From Neoconidiobolus thromboides FSU 785 (lineage: Eukaryota; Fungi; Entomophthoromycota): a stretch of 64,000 bases of DNA. The notes beneath the pieces are model-generated. The model did not search any database, had not been told where the DNA came from, and was given only the letters and a program-made list of their open reading frames with translations. The DNA lies in the NCBI GenBank assembly GCA_025603075.1, contig MU626308.1, forward strand, positions 1 to 64,000, given 5' to 3'. Every line of letters begins with the position of its first letter. Position 1 is the first letter of the stretch. The position numbers and the translations under genes are program-made. This document shows, in pieces, positions 24,246 to 37,700 of this stretch.

Positions 24246-26087
24246 ATATTGTACTTGAGAAAAGTAAGTTATTTTCCAATATAACACTTATATGAACTAA
24301 ATATTTTTTCTAAAACTTATTAGTTATAAGCTGAAATTATTTTTAAATATACAAGATAAGTATAGTTTTATTTAGAATGTGTCACTAAAATAGTCTGAAC
24401 GTGGTTTGTCTTATATATTTTGAAAGTTCTGTAAAATAAACGTAGGAATATAATTGATAAAATTGTAATTACAAAGCTCTATTTAGCTTATGGTATCTTC
24501 AAATTACGTAAGGGAAATCACATTTAAATTATTTCAGTAATATAAGCGAATTAATATCTAAAACTTTAACACATTTAACTATGTTTTCTTGAATTTTTAA
24601 TAAACATTTTCATTTTAAAAAACAAGAAATAGTTTAAGGGATATGTACGGTACGTGCCTTTTATTGAATATTTAAAACTTAAACTTTACTGGGGTAATAT
24701 TATTTCTAGTTTCAGCGAAAATAAAGTCTCCTAAATAATCTTATCCCTAATTTTAGACTGCCTACTTAGCTATGATTTCATAATTTCATTAAAAATACTA
24801 TTTAGGTTATTCTATGTATATATGAAATTAAATGTTTAATTAAAAATATCTTATTAATTTTATTTATATAAAATAGTATCTTAATGTATTATTTCTACTT
24901 AATTAAATGCTCAACTTGCATTCTTATATGCAAACCGACTTTTTTAATATTAAGCTTAATAAAAATGCTGAACTGTGAAAATTGAGGCGTAATTATGCAC
25001 ACTATAACATTTGTAAACCTTGGTATACATTTATATTAATAAGCTGTATAAGCCTAAAATTTAGGCAAAATAAAGTTATATATTCGTATATTATATATAA
25101 ATAAATGTTTCGAATTTTATGGATTTTTAATTTTATTTTTTCTTAATACTACTGATAGATAATAATTTAGAAGTTATATAACATATTCCTCTTTTGATGT
25201 TATAATTTATTAAAAATAGTCGTTTATTTTTTAATTTATATTTAAAGCATTTTTACTATTTATTTCAATTTCAGCTGAGAATAGAACGAGAGTGCCTTTT
25301 TGCCTAAACGAATTATGAAAATTTATCGCATTAAAAGACATTAAGGTTACATTATATAATAAGCTGTATAACAATATAGTTACTTAAAATTTATACTAAA
25401 CTCAATTCAATATATTCAGTTATTTTATTAGTTTTAAGCTATTAATTGATCCGCTTTTAGTTAAATGGTAATCGTTATTTCATAGTATATACTCTTTAAG
25501 ATAAAGGCAAGCTGGATTAATATTACAAAATAGTAAAATACATGTAGTAATTGTAATATATTTACACATACGATTAATACTATTTAACTGTAGTTAGAAG
25601 TTAAAAACTCTAAATTTAACATTCAGCCTGCTTTTTTTTAAGTTATTTAAGTGGGGCGGTATAGCTACACAAGAGTTTTGGACTGAAATAAGTGCAAAAT
25701 GAAGCCAAAATAAATAATTGATTGGTTAATTAATTGTTGATTAATTACCCTATGTAGTCTAAGGAATTAGTTCTTTCTAAACAGAGAAAAGGAGCATTAC
25801 AATTCCCTAAAATGGTTAATTCTCGTTTTAAGATTTATAGGAAAAAATAATACTAAATAAAAACAATGGGTTAAAAACCTAAGTAAATATTTGGAACTGC
25901 ATATAAATATAATACTTTAAGAATTTACTCTTCTTTTATTTAATTGAATCTTTTTTCAAAATTTATTAGGCATATTTCCCAAATCTTTATCAACCTCAAT
26001 TCTCTAACAACACGATTAATTTATTCGATATTTCGTCCCTTTTAAATTAAACGATCTTATACATAATACAATACACACTTTTAATTA

Positions 26088-27722
26088 ATGGCAAAATCAA
26101 TTTATTCAGTTGATTCATTTGGACTAGATAGCTTACAAGCTAACGAACCTGGATCAAGTGTTTACTCTTTGTATATAACTCAACAACCTCACAAAACGAG
26201 GGATGACTGTAATCTATCTAACTATAGTACATATACAACTCAAACTGACTCAGTTTTAAATTTCATAACGCCTTGTAATACTGTAGTAAACTCAGATCAA
26301 AGTTATGATGGTTGGGAGCCTTTAGTGGCATTAAGGCATACTGCTCAACAAATCATGATTAAAAATTTAATAAAGGATTTTAGTCATCGCCCTACCCTTA
26401 GTTCTAAAGTTACTTTATCTTCATCCGCTTCAGAGCATAGAACTTCTTTAACTAGCTCATTCTCAATAACATCATCTGATTTCTCTTTATCTTCAAATGA
26501 ATCCATAGTCAGTAACCAACCTATAAGTCCTACTGCTTCAGAGTTCTTTTTCGATATTTATGAATCAATACAGCCACCACTTTCTATTTGCAAAGAAAGT
26601 GATTTTATTCCCATTTCACTTAGAGAGCGTTCTTTGTCTCATTCTGGTGATTATTCAGAGATAAGCAAAAGCGATGAGCCTATCACATCGTCATTTATTC
26701 GTTCTTCTATGTACACAGGTCATACGAGTAGTGAACTTTCCCAAAGACAAAGATCTGCTTCGATAGCAACAATGAATACTGATATAGTGAATGATCAAGA
26801 TTTGTCTTTACGATATAATAGCAAAACTGCAGTTCGTTCTAGTGTAAAAGCTTCTAAACTTTTGGGTATTGAATCTATGGCTAGACAAAGAAGTGCATGT
26901 GAACTTAAGCCAAGGGTAGAATCCCTTCCAACAGCACGCTCTATATCTATGACTAATAGTAATCCATTATCGCCTCCAAAAACTAGTAAAACTAATAGAG
27001 CATCTCTTGCAGCCAAAAGCCTCAAAGATATGATGAATAGCAAAATAGGATCATTCAAGCGTACTCATAGGCCATCTATGCCTTCAATTGATGACGTCTC
27101 AATAAAATCGGTTACAAAAGGACACTCTGCATTAATAGAAGGATGGGCAGAGGTATATAAAGGTCAAAGTTCGGGATTTAAATCAAAACCAAAGTGGAAA
27201 AAACAATATTTGGTTTTAAATCAAGAATATCTTTATCTATTTGAGGACTTACACCCTACCACAATAACTAATGAAAAAATAAAGTTGACACCCGCAACCA
27301 TCATATGCGTTTCTGATTCAATTCCAAACTACAAATGGGTATTAGAAATCGCAGATTCTTATCAAACAAATTTTATTAGATTAAATGGGAAAATGGAATT
27401 ATTAGGATGGCTCAGAAAGCTCAAAGAGGCATCAAATTTAGCCAAGTTTACTAATAGGTCATTACCGTTGCCACCACCACAAATCGAATTAGATTTTATC
27501 CAAAACAATCTAGACAAAAACATAAATAACTCTGATGATATTGAAGTTTCAAGTACTTCAAGTGAACTAAAAAATAGATCATTTACTATTGTTGAGCAAA
27601 GTACTAAAGACAATTACAAAAGAGATCCTTATGACGTGACATTCTCTAAAAGTAATAGGTCATACAAAAATTCCCCAGCTTATATAGCTTATCCTTCTTT
27701 AGCAGAAGTACCAGAATGTTAA
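26088..27722 (+). CDS. Ser-rich protein with C-terminal PH domain
   Basis: EGWAEVYKG...KWKKQYLVLNQEYLYLF...LLGWLRKLKEA is a PH fold pattern; single 544-aa ORF. Confidence 0.8.
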   Translation: MAKSIYSVDSFGLDSLQANEPGSSVYSLYITQQPHKTRDDCNLSNYSTYTTQTDSVLNFITPCNTVVNSDQSYDGWEPLVALRHTAQQIMIKNLIKDFSHRPTLSSKVTLSSSASEHRTSLTSSFSITSSDFSLSSNESIVSNQPISPTASEFFFDIYESIQPPLSICKESDFIPISLRERSLSHSGDYSEISKSDEPITSSFIRSSMYTGHTSSELSQRQRSASIATMNTDIVNDQDLSLRYNSKTAVRSSVKASKLLGIESMARQRSACELKPRVESLPTARSISMTNSNPLSPPKTSKTNRASLAAKSLKDMMNSKIGSFKRTHRPSMPSIDDVSIKSVTKGHSALIEGWAEVYKGQSSGFKSKPKWKKQYLVLNQEYLYLFEDLHPTTITNEKIKLTPATIICVSDSIPNYKWVLEIADSYQTNFIRLNGKMELLGWLRKLKEASNLAKFTNRSLPLPPPQIELDFIQNNLDKNINNSDDIEVSSTSSELKNRSFTIVEQSTKDNYKRDPYDVTFSKSNRSYKNSPAYIAYPSLAEVPEC

Positions 27723-30664
27723 ATATTTATTAAATAAAAATATATTTTGATATAATTTAGTATAGTTTAGGATTTTTTTAAAGTTTTTTAACATTAACAA
27801 TAAAATCTATTTAAGACTATCTATTACTCAAAACAAAATTGTAAAATAATTATAAAGTTACAAGATTCAATTTATGAAATATAATTATGTATCCCTTATA
27901 AATCTATAAAAAGCTAATATTCATCTGAATTTTCCTCTTTTAATCATCTAAAATTGCTATTTAGTGAGGTACAGAACGTGTCACTCATAAAGTTATTCTT
28001 TAACAAAATTACATCAAGAATTATATACCACTAATGAGCCGTAGGTATATTAAGTGTTTTCTTTTACATTATGAAGATTCATCAAATTTTTATTATTCTA
28101 CCTCTTTTTAAAAGTTATTCAAGGTATTGCGAAATAGCAAATGGCTAGTATGCTAGAACAACTCAAGCCACTTTAAATGTTCTTTCAGATTGATCTTGAA
28201 TTTTGTTAATATATTAATTAATATTAATAATGTGTAATTTTCTAAATTAATGAATAAAATAACATCACATCTCATATTTATATAATAATAGTTCATTTAC
28301 TTTATTAATAAAATTAAAGACATATTAAGAATTATTAAAACTTTTTTAGAAAAAATGTTCTTATATCCTTATAAATTATAGATAATACTATAAATCGTAG
28401 ATTCACAAACTCAGTAAATAACAGTAATATATTAGTAGATCATCATAAAAACAGGAACATAAATCATGAATATTTAAACTTCATCATTTTTGAAAATTAC
28501 TATGTTACTTTATAACTATTGATAATTAATTATTAGATTGAATAAGTTGAATCTACTATCTTTATATTAAAAAATAATACAAAATCCAAATCAAACATGA
28601 CTTTTAAAAAAAAATCATAATATAGAAATAACATTTGTGAATAAGCTGTAAAATGTAAATTAGGCAATGTTATACAATAATAATAAAATAATTAATTAAA
28701 GTGTTAAACATAGAGCATGTGGAAAAATGAGTTTTTAAAAATAGTTATAATTTATACTTATAATATTTAAAACAATAAATTTCAAATATTTAATTAAAAT
28801 TGCTACTTTTAGATAGCTTAATTTACTATTAGATATATTAAAAATCTATGTAAAACTGCTTATAAACTTCATAAATCTAAAATATTTTAATATGATATAT
28901 TTATAAAGAAACATTCCACCATTAAATATATATGTGGTTCGTAAGATAAAAAATTATTTTAAAATAAATTCAATTTTTTAAATATATTTAGATTTTTATA
29001 TTATTATTCAAATAAAAAGTTATGATAGTTTAATTACTAAGTTATACTTAAAAATAGATTGTATTTTAATACTCTTTTATTTAGATTTAATACTAACTAA
29101 ACCAACAGTTTTATTATAAGCCTTTATATAGCCTCCTTATTTTTATATACATAAGCCATATATAATTTATTTAAATTATAGTTTAACTGGCTTCTAAAAT
29201 AAAAAAACTTGTATATAAATTATTAGTTCATTCATATAATAAACTATAAATAAAATAGCGTTTTATAAGTTTATTTTTGACTACATTTTGGTAAACTGTA
29301 AACTATAATATTTTATATTTGTGCGTTTTAATTGAGTCCATGAATAAAAATAATTCACACTATAAACTAAATAGAAGTAACAAAATATCAAAAATTGATG
29401 ATGGTTCTATTGCTTCCACCTTTTTTCCACTCTTGGATAGCGTTATACATAATAGAGTCTGCCCCTATAAAATTAAACTTGTTCAAATTCAAAACAGGTA
29501 AAGCTGAATTAATCAATTTCTCAGTTTTCTCTTAACTCTTTCCTCCTCTCCGCTAATGCTCCTTTCACTTATCATTCAGTTTCCTATACTTTTACTTATC
29601 TTCAACAATGAATCAGTTGAAGGTCTAACTTCATCAATTCAAAAAAAAATCAAAGTGACTTGAGGCTTCATTTTAATTAATAAAAAATAATAGAACATTA
29701 TAGTATTGCATTGGCATGATATTGTACTCTAATAATGATCAAATAAATTAAAAAATTTGTATTATCATAGTTTGATATTGAGCGACTCAAATGAGGGTAG
29801 ATACTATTGATAAAGTTAATAACTGTAAGCTATTAAATATTTTAAGCAAATAAGTATAAAATAACTTTTATAAAAGAAATGTAAGTAATTTAGATTAAAA
29901 GTGAACTATTAAAGTATGATATAATAATAGTTCAATCATCAATATCAAACCTTTTGATATAACAAATTCAAAGTACTAAAAAGAATATGATGATTTATGT
30001 CAAAAAGAAATTCTGCTACTTTATTAAAAATATTTAACTACAATATTAGTTAAATCAAAAACTAGATTATTGCATCAGCGTAAATTTAGAAAATAATTCC
30101 ACAACTTTTCTAATTTAACATTTTATAAATACAAAATCTAATTTATGTATTTATGCCTTTTCATGATTTATCTGTCTACAAGTTTCCTAAGATGCTCATG
30201 GTAAGATTCCTATATTTAAAACTCAATTTATTAAGTATAATACATAAAAACAATAGGCTTCATAAGATAATATAAAGTAGATATACTATATAGGATGTAA
30301 CTAATAGTATCGATTAACTCACTCATGTCATAATTGCTTATGAAATTCTATGTATAAATTGTTAAAATAAATCAATGATATACAAAAATAAGAGAAGACA
30401 AGATTATTTTTTTAGAGGATACGTATGCATTAGAGAAGAAAAAACATTTTACAAATAAATAGCTATCTATAATTAAGGATACTTTTGATTAATAAACAAA
30501 ACTTTATCCATCAATGAAATAAAAAATAAGGCTTTTATATAGCTATATGCTTGTCAAATAAATAGATTAATAATACTATAAGCATATACAAAATACAATT
30601 ATAAAACAAAACTTACTCTATAATATGAACTTGGCCCTTTTTTTAAAATAGAGTAGTTCTAAGT

Positions 30665-31440
30665 TTATTTATTAAGACGTTTACGAAGGGCACGGGTACG
30701 TTTGCGGAGCTTCTTGTATTTATGCTTATTCATCTTAAGTCGACGTTTTCTCAATACACTAGTAGTATAGTAACCAACACGCCTTCTTTTACTGCGTATG
30801 GGGTTATTCATAGAGTCTAATATATTATCTAACATTATATCTACTTGTGTATCCTTTAATGCCATTTCGTCATCATTATCCTTATTCTCTTTTTGAATAC
30901 TGAGTGCTATACTATTCTCATTTCCATTTATGTATTGAACTTCTAACGGGCCATCTTCTGGAATAGATTCGTGAAAACGCTCAAAGGCTGCTTCATATTT
31001 ATGAGCCTTTTCCAACTCTTAAAATTTTAAATAAATTAAAAGATTATTTACTATATAAATTTACCATCAAATACATCGTTAGTCTCTTTGGCATTAAATG
31101 CTAAGTTTACATCAAATTCTTCTTTGGTTAAAGATGGCATTAAAGCCCAATCTGTAATCGAGCCATCTTTTTTAATTCCTAAAAGCGGTTGATCCAAACA
31201 GTAAAATTTAGTGTTTGCTAACAACATATTTTGATATTTTCTATGATCTTTTAAATTAAACCCTTTTTTAGATAACGAGGTAATGGATGGCATTTCAGTT
31301 TCAATAGCAGAAGAATAACTGTGCTTACTGGCTACAAAGCGTCTAAAATTTATAAATTGGTTATTTCCTTTGAATATTACATGGTTGAGATTTCTTTCAA
31401 GGGACTTTAACATTCCCCTGCTGCTTGAAAATAATGTCAT
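30665..31440 (-). CDS. COX24: Mitochondrial Cox24/mS38-like protein (DUF1713 C-terminus), 2 exons
   Basis: N-terminal presequence-like region; C-terminal TSVLRKRRLKMNKHKYKKLRKRTR; the two listed ORFs join across a short GT-AG intron. Confidence 0.82.
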
Positions 31441-31926
31441 TTTGAATATTAAAAAATGCTATTCAAAATTGTATTGGAAATCCACGTTTTCGAAAGTACA
31501 AATTATGGGACAATTTTACAATTTTATTAAATTTTTGATGTTTAAAAGGTAGGATTTACCCAAAAGAACAAAACTTCTACCAAAAACAATTTGAGTTATT
31601 TATAAGCCAAGAGTTTGAGTTTAAATTTTGCAAAAGTACAATCCTCCACTGCAATCCAATTTACAACTAAAGCAACAAATAAGGGTGTATTAGTAATCAG
31701 GTGATAGGTGAGTTTAAGCCTCCTATCAAATATTATTGTATACTATATCCTGAGAAAATGATAGGTTGAAGGAAAGAAATTTGATATTTAACTTCATCCC
31801 TTAATTCCAGAAGTTTCTTGAGGCTTGAACCACTTTGAAAAAAGTACAAAACTGAATTGATTGAAATAATATTTTTAAACTTTAACATAGTATATAATTG
31901 TAATATAATATATTGAATTTATAAAT

Positions 31927-34626
31927 ATGGAAAGTAATACTGCAACAGAGAGGGATCAAAGAATTAACAAAAGATCAAAAATAATAAAAGATGGACTATC
32001 AATGAATGATCTTGAGTGGTTAATAATATTAGCTGGAAGTGCTAACTCCAAGTCGGACTTGAAAGAACATTTGAAAAGAATTGAATCAGGAGATGTAGAC
32101 ACAAACTTATATCCAGCACGTGAAGCTCTTCATGCAACAAATTTGATATTAGATGGTGATTACGAGGATATTATTTTATCAGACCAAAGTAAGGAGTTAT
32201 TGTATTCAGCAAAGTATTTCATAGAAAATAGCGAATTTGAACAAACAAGCATTGAAGAACTGGCTTTAAAGTACGAAAATAGACTTCAATCAAATGTCTC
32301 AAACTTTTTAAAAGGAAGCAAGGTTAACAAGTTCCTTATACAATCCTTAGGTATTTCTTTATTAAGTTTGTTCATTCAAATCGGGTGGACTGGACCTGAT
32401 TCAAAGTTAGATATAATGACATTACTACCTCTCGAACTAACTAGTGGTAATTCATCTTTGTTAAATAAGACAATTCTAGATAAGCTATCAGTTGACGGTG
32501 AAGAAGCTTATCATTTGACTCCAAAGCCAGTATTATTATGGTTGGCTTTGATATTATTTGATACCTTAATTAATGATGATGACGATGGTGACCTTGTAAC
32601 TTTATATTGGTGGTCATCTCGTTGTCATTGGATTAGAGAAAGAATTCTAGATAATCCAACTGGAAGCACTTTGGAAAAGTTAGAAGTTCAAATGAATAAG
32701 GCATTAACTACTTTACCCAGTTTTGGCTTAGAAGATGTTAGCGACTCAGAAAATTGTTTGAGTACCCAGCAAGTTCAAGAATTAAGAGCACGCTATTATG
32801 TTGAATTGGGATTGTACCATCATCATTTTTATAATGAAAAAAATGCAGTAGAGCAGTATACTAAAGCTCAAGAATGCACTGGGTTAAAATGGAAATTAAC
32901 AGGTGCCCTGGGAAAAAGAACAAAATTTCAACAAAATGATATTACACAATTAGTTCTCTGGGCTAAAAGTAGACCAGATGAAAATGATGAGCATGAAGTT
33001 GATACCAAATCCAATCATGATAGCTCACAAATCGTTCCAGAAACTTTAGATTTGAATGATGATACTCTTTTGGAGAAAGTAAAATTCTCAGAAGTTGCAT
33101 CAAAAGGAGATGAAGATGAGGTTGATGTTACTAACCAAACCACACTTAAAATCATTGATCAGTGTATTTTATTAGCATTATGCATTAACGTAAAAAACTC
33201 AAATCCTGTTACTGGACTTACTCGTGAAGAAATGTTTCCTTATGTTACTAGGGTTTTAGAAAACCCAATTAACTGGATGGTACATACTATGGGGCTCATT
33301 TTGAGATCTAGATTAGAAGGTTTCAAGTCACGTACAATTGAAAGATCTGTTTTTCAGTTACAGGCTTTAGTTGATCAATTTAATGATCGAGATGGACATG
33401 TAACTGAGAGAATGTTGGGTTTTTATTCAATTTTAATTCCTTCAAAATGGGAATTGGAAAAAGAATTAGCTGAAAAATTTATGTCTTTGGGTGTAATCAA
33501 ATCAGCATTAGAAATTTACGAAAAATTAGAGATGTATGAACAGATAATTGAATGTTATAAATTGTTAGAACAACCAGAAAAAGCTATCAAAGTAGTTGAT
33601 CATCAATTAGAAATTAACCCAAATTCCGCCAAAATGTTATGCCTTAAAGGTGATGTGTTAAATGAGCCAGAATGGTGGTACAAATCTTGGGAAGTTTCAA
33701 ACAATCGATTTTCTCGTGCTATGCGTGCTTTAGGAGCTCATTATTATGGTAAAAACGAATTTGGTAAAAGTAGAGATTGTTATTTAAACGCTTTAAAAAT
33801 AAATCCTCTCTTTGAGAACTCATGGTTTATTTGTGGCTGTGCTTCCATGCATATCGATGATTGGGATAGTGCACAAAAATGTTTCCAAAAGGTAACTTCA
33901 ATTGACCCTGACAATGGCGAAGCATGGAATAACCTAGCAACTATATATATAAGAAAAGGAAAAAAATCTGAAGCTTTGATATCTCTTCAACAAGCACTTA
34001 AGCATAGTCCTGGTAATTGGAAAATGTGGACAAATTTACAATACACTGCTGTTGATTTGGGCCATTTTAATTTAGTTATGAGAGCCATAAAACGTATTCT
34101 AGATTTAAGATGGGAGACTGTTAAAGATCAATGTATTGATAGAGAAGTATTATCAATCGTAATTAATTCTGTACAAACTGATATTGAAGATGGCTCAGGT
34201 AATGGATCCTCTAGACATGCTAATCAGTTGGAAACACTCCTTGATGATATTACGTCTAAAGTTGCTGGTAATAATGAAATATGGTTACTTAAAGCTAAAT
34301 TCTATACTCTTGGTCCAAAGCATGATCCTTCAAAAGCATTGGACAGTCATATAAAAGCTTATCGCTGTGTCCTTAATCATCCAGACCTTTTAACTTCACA
34401 CGATATATTTTCTTTATGTTCAACAACTGCAATCGATTTAGTTGATGCCTACTCTAATTTTGGTCCTCTAGATAACCCAAATTCTCCTGGGGAAATCGTA
34501 TGCAAAGACTGGAAATTTCAATCAAAAATGCTTTTGAAAAGTCTCATTTCAAGAACATCCGATTCATATGAGACTGAACCAGAACATGATATGCTAATTA
34601 AATCATTAAAGGAGTTGAACGAATAA
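31927..34626 (+). CDS. EMW1: TPR protein Emw1/TTC27 orthologue
   Basis: LTGALGKRTKFQQ, VLENPINWMVHTMGLILRSRLE, ALKINPLFENSWF...GEAWNNLA TPRs; 899 aa. Confidence 0.85.
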   Translation: MESNTATERDQRINKRSKIIKDGLSMNDLEWLIILAGSANSKSDLKEHLKRIESGDVDTNLYPAREALHATNLILDGDYEDIILSDQSKELLYSAKYFIENSEFEQTSIEELALKYENRLQSNVSNFLKGSKVNKFLIQSLGISLLSLFIQIGWTGPDSKLDIMTLLPLELTSGNSSLLNKTILDKLSVDGEEAYHLTPKPVLLWLALILFDTLINDDDDGDLVTLYWWSSRCHWIRERILDNPTGSTLEKLEVQMNKALTTLPSFGLEDVSDSENCLSTQQVQELRARYYVELGLYHHHFYNEKNAVEQYTKAQECTGLKWKLTGALGKRTKFQQNDITQLVLWAKSRPDENDEHEVDTKSNHDSSQIVPETLDLNDDTLLEKVKFSEVASKGDEDEVDVTNQTTLKIIDQCILLALCINVKNSNPVTGLTREEMFPYVTRVLENPINWMVHTMGLILRSRLEGFKSRTIERSVFQLQALVDQFNDRDGHVTERMLGFYSILIPSKWELEKELAEKFMSLGVIKSALEIYEKLEMYEQIIECYKLLEQPEKAIKVVDHQLEINPNSAKMLCLKGDVLNEPEWWYKSWEVSNNRFSRAMRALGAHYYGKNEFGKSRDCYLNALKINPLFENSWFICGCASMHIDDWDSAQKCFQKVTSIDPDNGEAWNNLATIYIRKGKKSEALISLQQALKHSPGNWKMWTNLQYTAVDLGHFNLVMRAIKRILDLRWETVKDQCIDREVLSIVINSVQTDIEDGSGNGSSRHANQLETLLDDITSKVAGNNEIWLLKAKFYTLGPKHDPSKALDSHIKAYRCVLNHPDLLTSHDIFSLCSTTAIDLVDAYSNFGPLDNPNSPGEIVCKDWKFQSKMLLKSLISRTSDSYETEPEHDMLIKSLKELNE

Positions 34627-34898
34627 ATTAACTGGTATTATCCTTTTGGCATAAAAGGATTTGATTTAATGATATAGATTGAATAAAATAATAACAGACT
34701 TTGTTTAGAGTTGAGTTTTTAAGGACTTTAATAAAATCAAAATACTAGATTATCACAAATGTATTAACTTATTTTTAATCTTATTAATATTCTAAACAGT
34801 TTTGTAATTTATAAATAGTTTAATTTTTTGGTTTATATTTTAGTTACAAACAATATGAAGTATAGTAATTTAGTAAAAGGGTCCCTTTGATACAGAAC

Positions 34899-35690
34899 TT
34901 AAACTCCAGTTTTATTTTTATTAGTCATGTTAACAATGCCATCAATAAATCCTTTATAAGAAGAAACACGAGTTTGGACACCTGGAAACTCGCTATGGCC
35001 ACATGTTTCACCAAAAGAAGTAACACCTACTAATATAAACTTATTGCCTCGCTTTACAAAAGCTGGGCCTCCAGAGTCACCTTGACAAGCATCTTTTTTT
35101 TGTTCATTATCCATCGTACAAAATTGAGCTTGTTTTATTAAAGTATTGTTATATTTTTTATTACACTTATCAAAGTCAATAATTGGTAAAACAACCTCTT
35201 GTAATATGGTTGCAACTTCTTTAGTATCAGTTATCCCCCAACCAATAAACTTAAGAGGAAATTCTGTTTGATTACTTATACTTCCATCATCAAGCTCAAT
35301 ACCAGCTTCTTTATTAAATGGTGCATCTAACTCCCAAACTGCTATATCATGTGCACCAGTAGTAAGATCAAATTTTGAATTGGTATAAACGGATTCAACT
35401 TGATGTTTCATACCACCTTCTTCTTTATAAAAAAGCTCAAGGTTATGACGATGGGTCTCTGCACTGTGAAGATGTACTTGGCCACTTTTTGGTGAGCAAT
35501 GAGCTGCAGTTATTACCATGTTACCATGATATAAAGTTCCACCACAGATATGAACGTCATTCTTTAATATAGAGACCATAAATGGGTATTTAAATGGTTT
35601 GCTGACATCTGAACCACCGACAATACGAAGATTTGGACGTGATAAAACTACACTGACCAGAGTGAGTAAGTATAAAACAAAAGCGTTCAT
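34899..35690 (-). CDS. Secreted trypsin-like serine protease (S1A)
   Basis: Signal peptide, R|IVGG, TAAHC, HDIAV, KDACQGDSGGP (Asp in the S1 pocket). Confidence 0.95.
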   Translation of the reverse strand: MNAFVLYLLTLVSVVLSRPNLRIVGGSDVSKPFKYPFMVSILKNDVHICGGTLYHGNMVITAAHCSPKSGQVHLHSAETHRHNLELFYKEEGGMKHQVESVYTNSKFDLTTGAHDIAVWELDAPFNKEAGIELDDGSISNQTEFPLKFIGWGITDTKEVATILQEVVLPIIDFDKCNKKYNNTLIKQAQFCTMDNEQKKDACQGDSGGPAFVKRGNKFILVGVTSFGETCGHSEFPGVQTRVSSYKGFIDGIVNMTNKNKTGV

Positions 35691-36367
35691 ATTAATTAAA
35701 AGACTAACAAAAAAGATATCAGTTTTATTAAAGTTACATTTATATTGGCAATAAATTATAATTTTAATGTTCTAATTCTGAAATTTCCTATTTTGGAATT
35801 CTTTGATTGGTGGTATCGTTAAATATTCAAATGAAATTTTACAAAGTATTAAACAAAGAAAAGATTATATGTAGTATTCAAAGTAAGCTTAGCTAAGGTA
35901 AAGTTTATTAATATCTAGTTATATAATGACATAAAGTATTGTTATACTACTGCTTGAGTTGAGTTGAGTATCTTCAATATATTTTATGACAAGAAATGCT
36001 CCATAATTTTTTTTAATTACTTTTAATTAATTGCCGCAAATGTATTTTCATTGATAGAGTTTTTTTGACCAACAGTTTTTATGATAGAGAGATTCAAATA
36101 ATTTAGATTATACTATATATATTAGTAGTATAGTAGACATTTAAAAGTGGATTAATATAAAAAATATTTAATGTTACTATTATACAAAACAACTCTAATG
36201 CCATCAAGTAAATTATTATCTGAATTGAATGTATCATGCTCTTTGGTTGACCAATCATATTGCTTTCTACTTTAATTTAGTAGATGATTTAAACAGTGGA
36301 TATTTAAATTTTATGAACATTGTTGAACCATTTAATTGCTAGCATCTAACACTATTTGTATAATAAA

Positions 36368-37531
36368 ATGGCAATTTCGCTTGATAATTCTTATGTATCT
36401 CCGACATTAGAGAGAAAAATTATATCTTATCCAGATTTCTTTAGATTTACTGGTTCAGTTATACCTTCAGTTATTACTCCAGTTATTTTTACCACCCTCT
36501 ATACAATTTTAATTATTTATATTAATCAAAATGTTTACCATGTTAACCTCCCAAATAGTATAGGTAAATAACTAAATTTGATCATTTATTGAGATTTGAC
36601 TCAACTATAATTTTTAGTTCCTTCCCTTTCTGTTGTTGTTGGTTTACTATTAGTATTTCGTACAAATACTGCTTATGACAGGTATTATGAAGGGCGTCGT
36701 TTATGGACTGTTATCAAATCTAGCATAAGAAACTTAGTTAGAGGAATTTATATGATTCCTACACAAAATAATAATGACATATGGGAAAAGATGGATGTCA
36801 TGAAGTATACTATAGCATTTGCGTTAGCAACTAAGCATTATTTGAGAGATGAGCTTGAATCTCGTCATCAAGAGTTGGATCATTTACTTCCAGTTGATAT
36901 TCGCTCTGAAAAATTCCAACCAGTTGATATGACCTACGGAGGGCCAACTCATGAACCTACTAGCTTACCAAATCTTACTAGTGTCAATGATTTTGGAACT
37001 AAAGAAAATAATGTATTAACACAACGTAAGTTTCATCAATCTGGTTATGGCTCTTTCAATTCTGATACTGCTTCGCTTAAGGTTGATTCTGATGCTGTAT
37101 CAGTTAATTTACCAATTGATATTATATTCTATATTAACAAATATGTATTTTCTAAACGTCAAAGTAATTTAATTGATCCTCAAACTAACAATGCTATGAA
37201 TGGGTATTTGACTAGTTTAGTTGACTCTTTATCTGGCTTAGAACGCATTATGCGTACTCCTATTCCACTTGCTTACCTTATTCATTTGAAGCAAGCTGTA
37301 ACTCTTTATTTGCTCTTTTTGCCTTTTACACTCACTGAGCTTAAATACTATGCTGTACCAATTATTTCTATTGTAGCATTTACCCTATATGGTATTGATG
37401 CTATAGGTCAAGAAATTGAGAATCCATTTGGTTATGATGCTAATGATCTTCCACTTGATGCTATCACCAACGAAATTGGTAATGAAGTAGTTGGTATTGT
37501 TTCTAAACTTGGTCAACAATTAGATCAATAA
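36368..37531 (+). CDS. Bestrophin-like (UPF0187/YneE-type) anion channel, 2 exons
   Basis: LLVFRTNTAYDRYYEGRRLW, ERIMRTPIPLAY, GQEIENPFGYDANDLPLD. Confidence 0.9.
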
Positions 37532-37700
37532 ATTAAAATATATTATTATATTATTATATTATTATAGTGTAAATCGATTTAATATTATTTGGCTCATTTT
37601 TGATTTCATTAATATTTAACAACAAATAAAATTAACAATATATATAATAGATAATATAAGATATTTTATGATTTTACTTTTATTTCATTTGTAAACTAAT

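Noticed and set aside
29319-29666. Small ORF possibly extended by a 27-nt intron
   Set aside because: The intron is much shorter than any supported intron here, and there is no homology cue.
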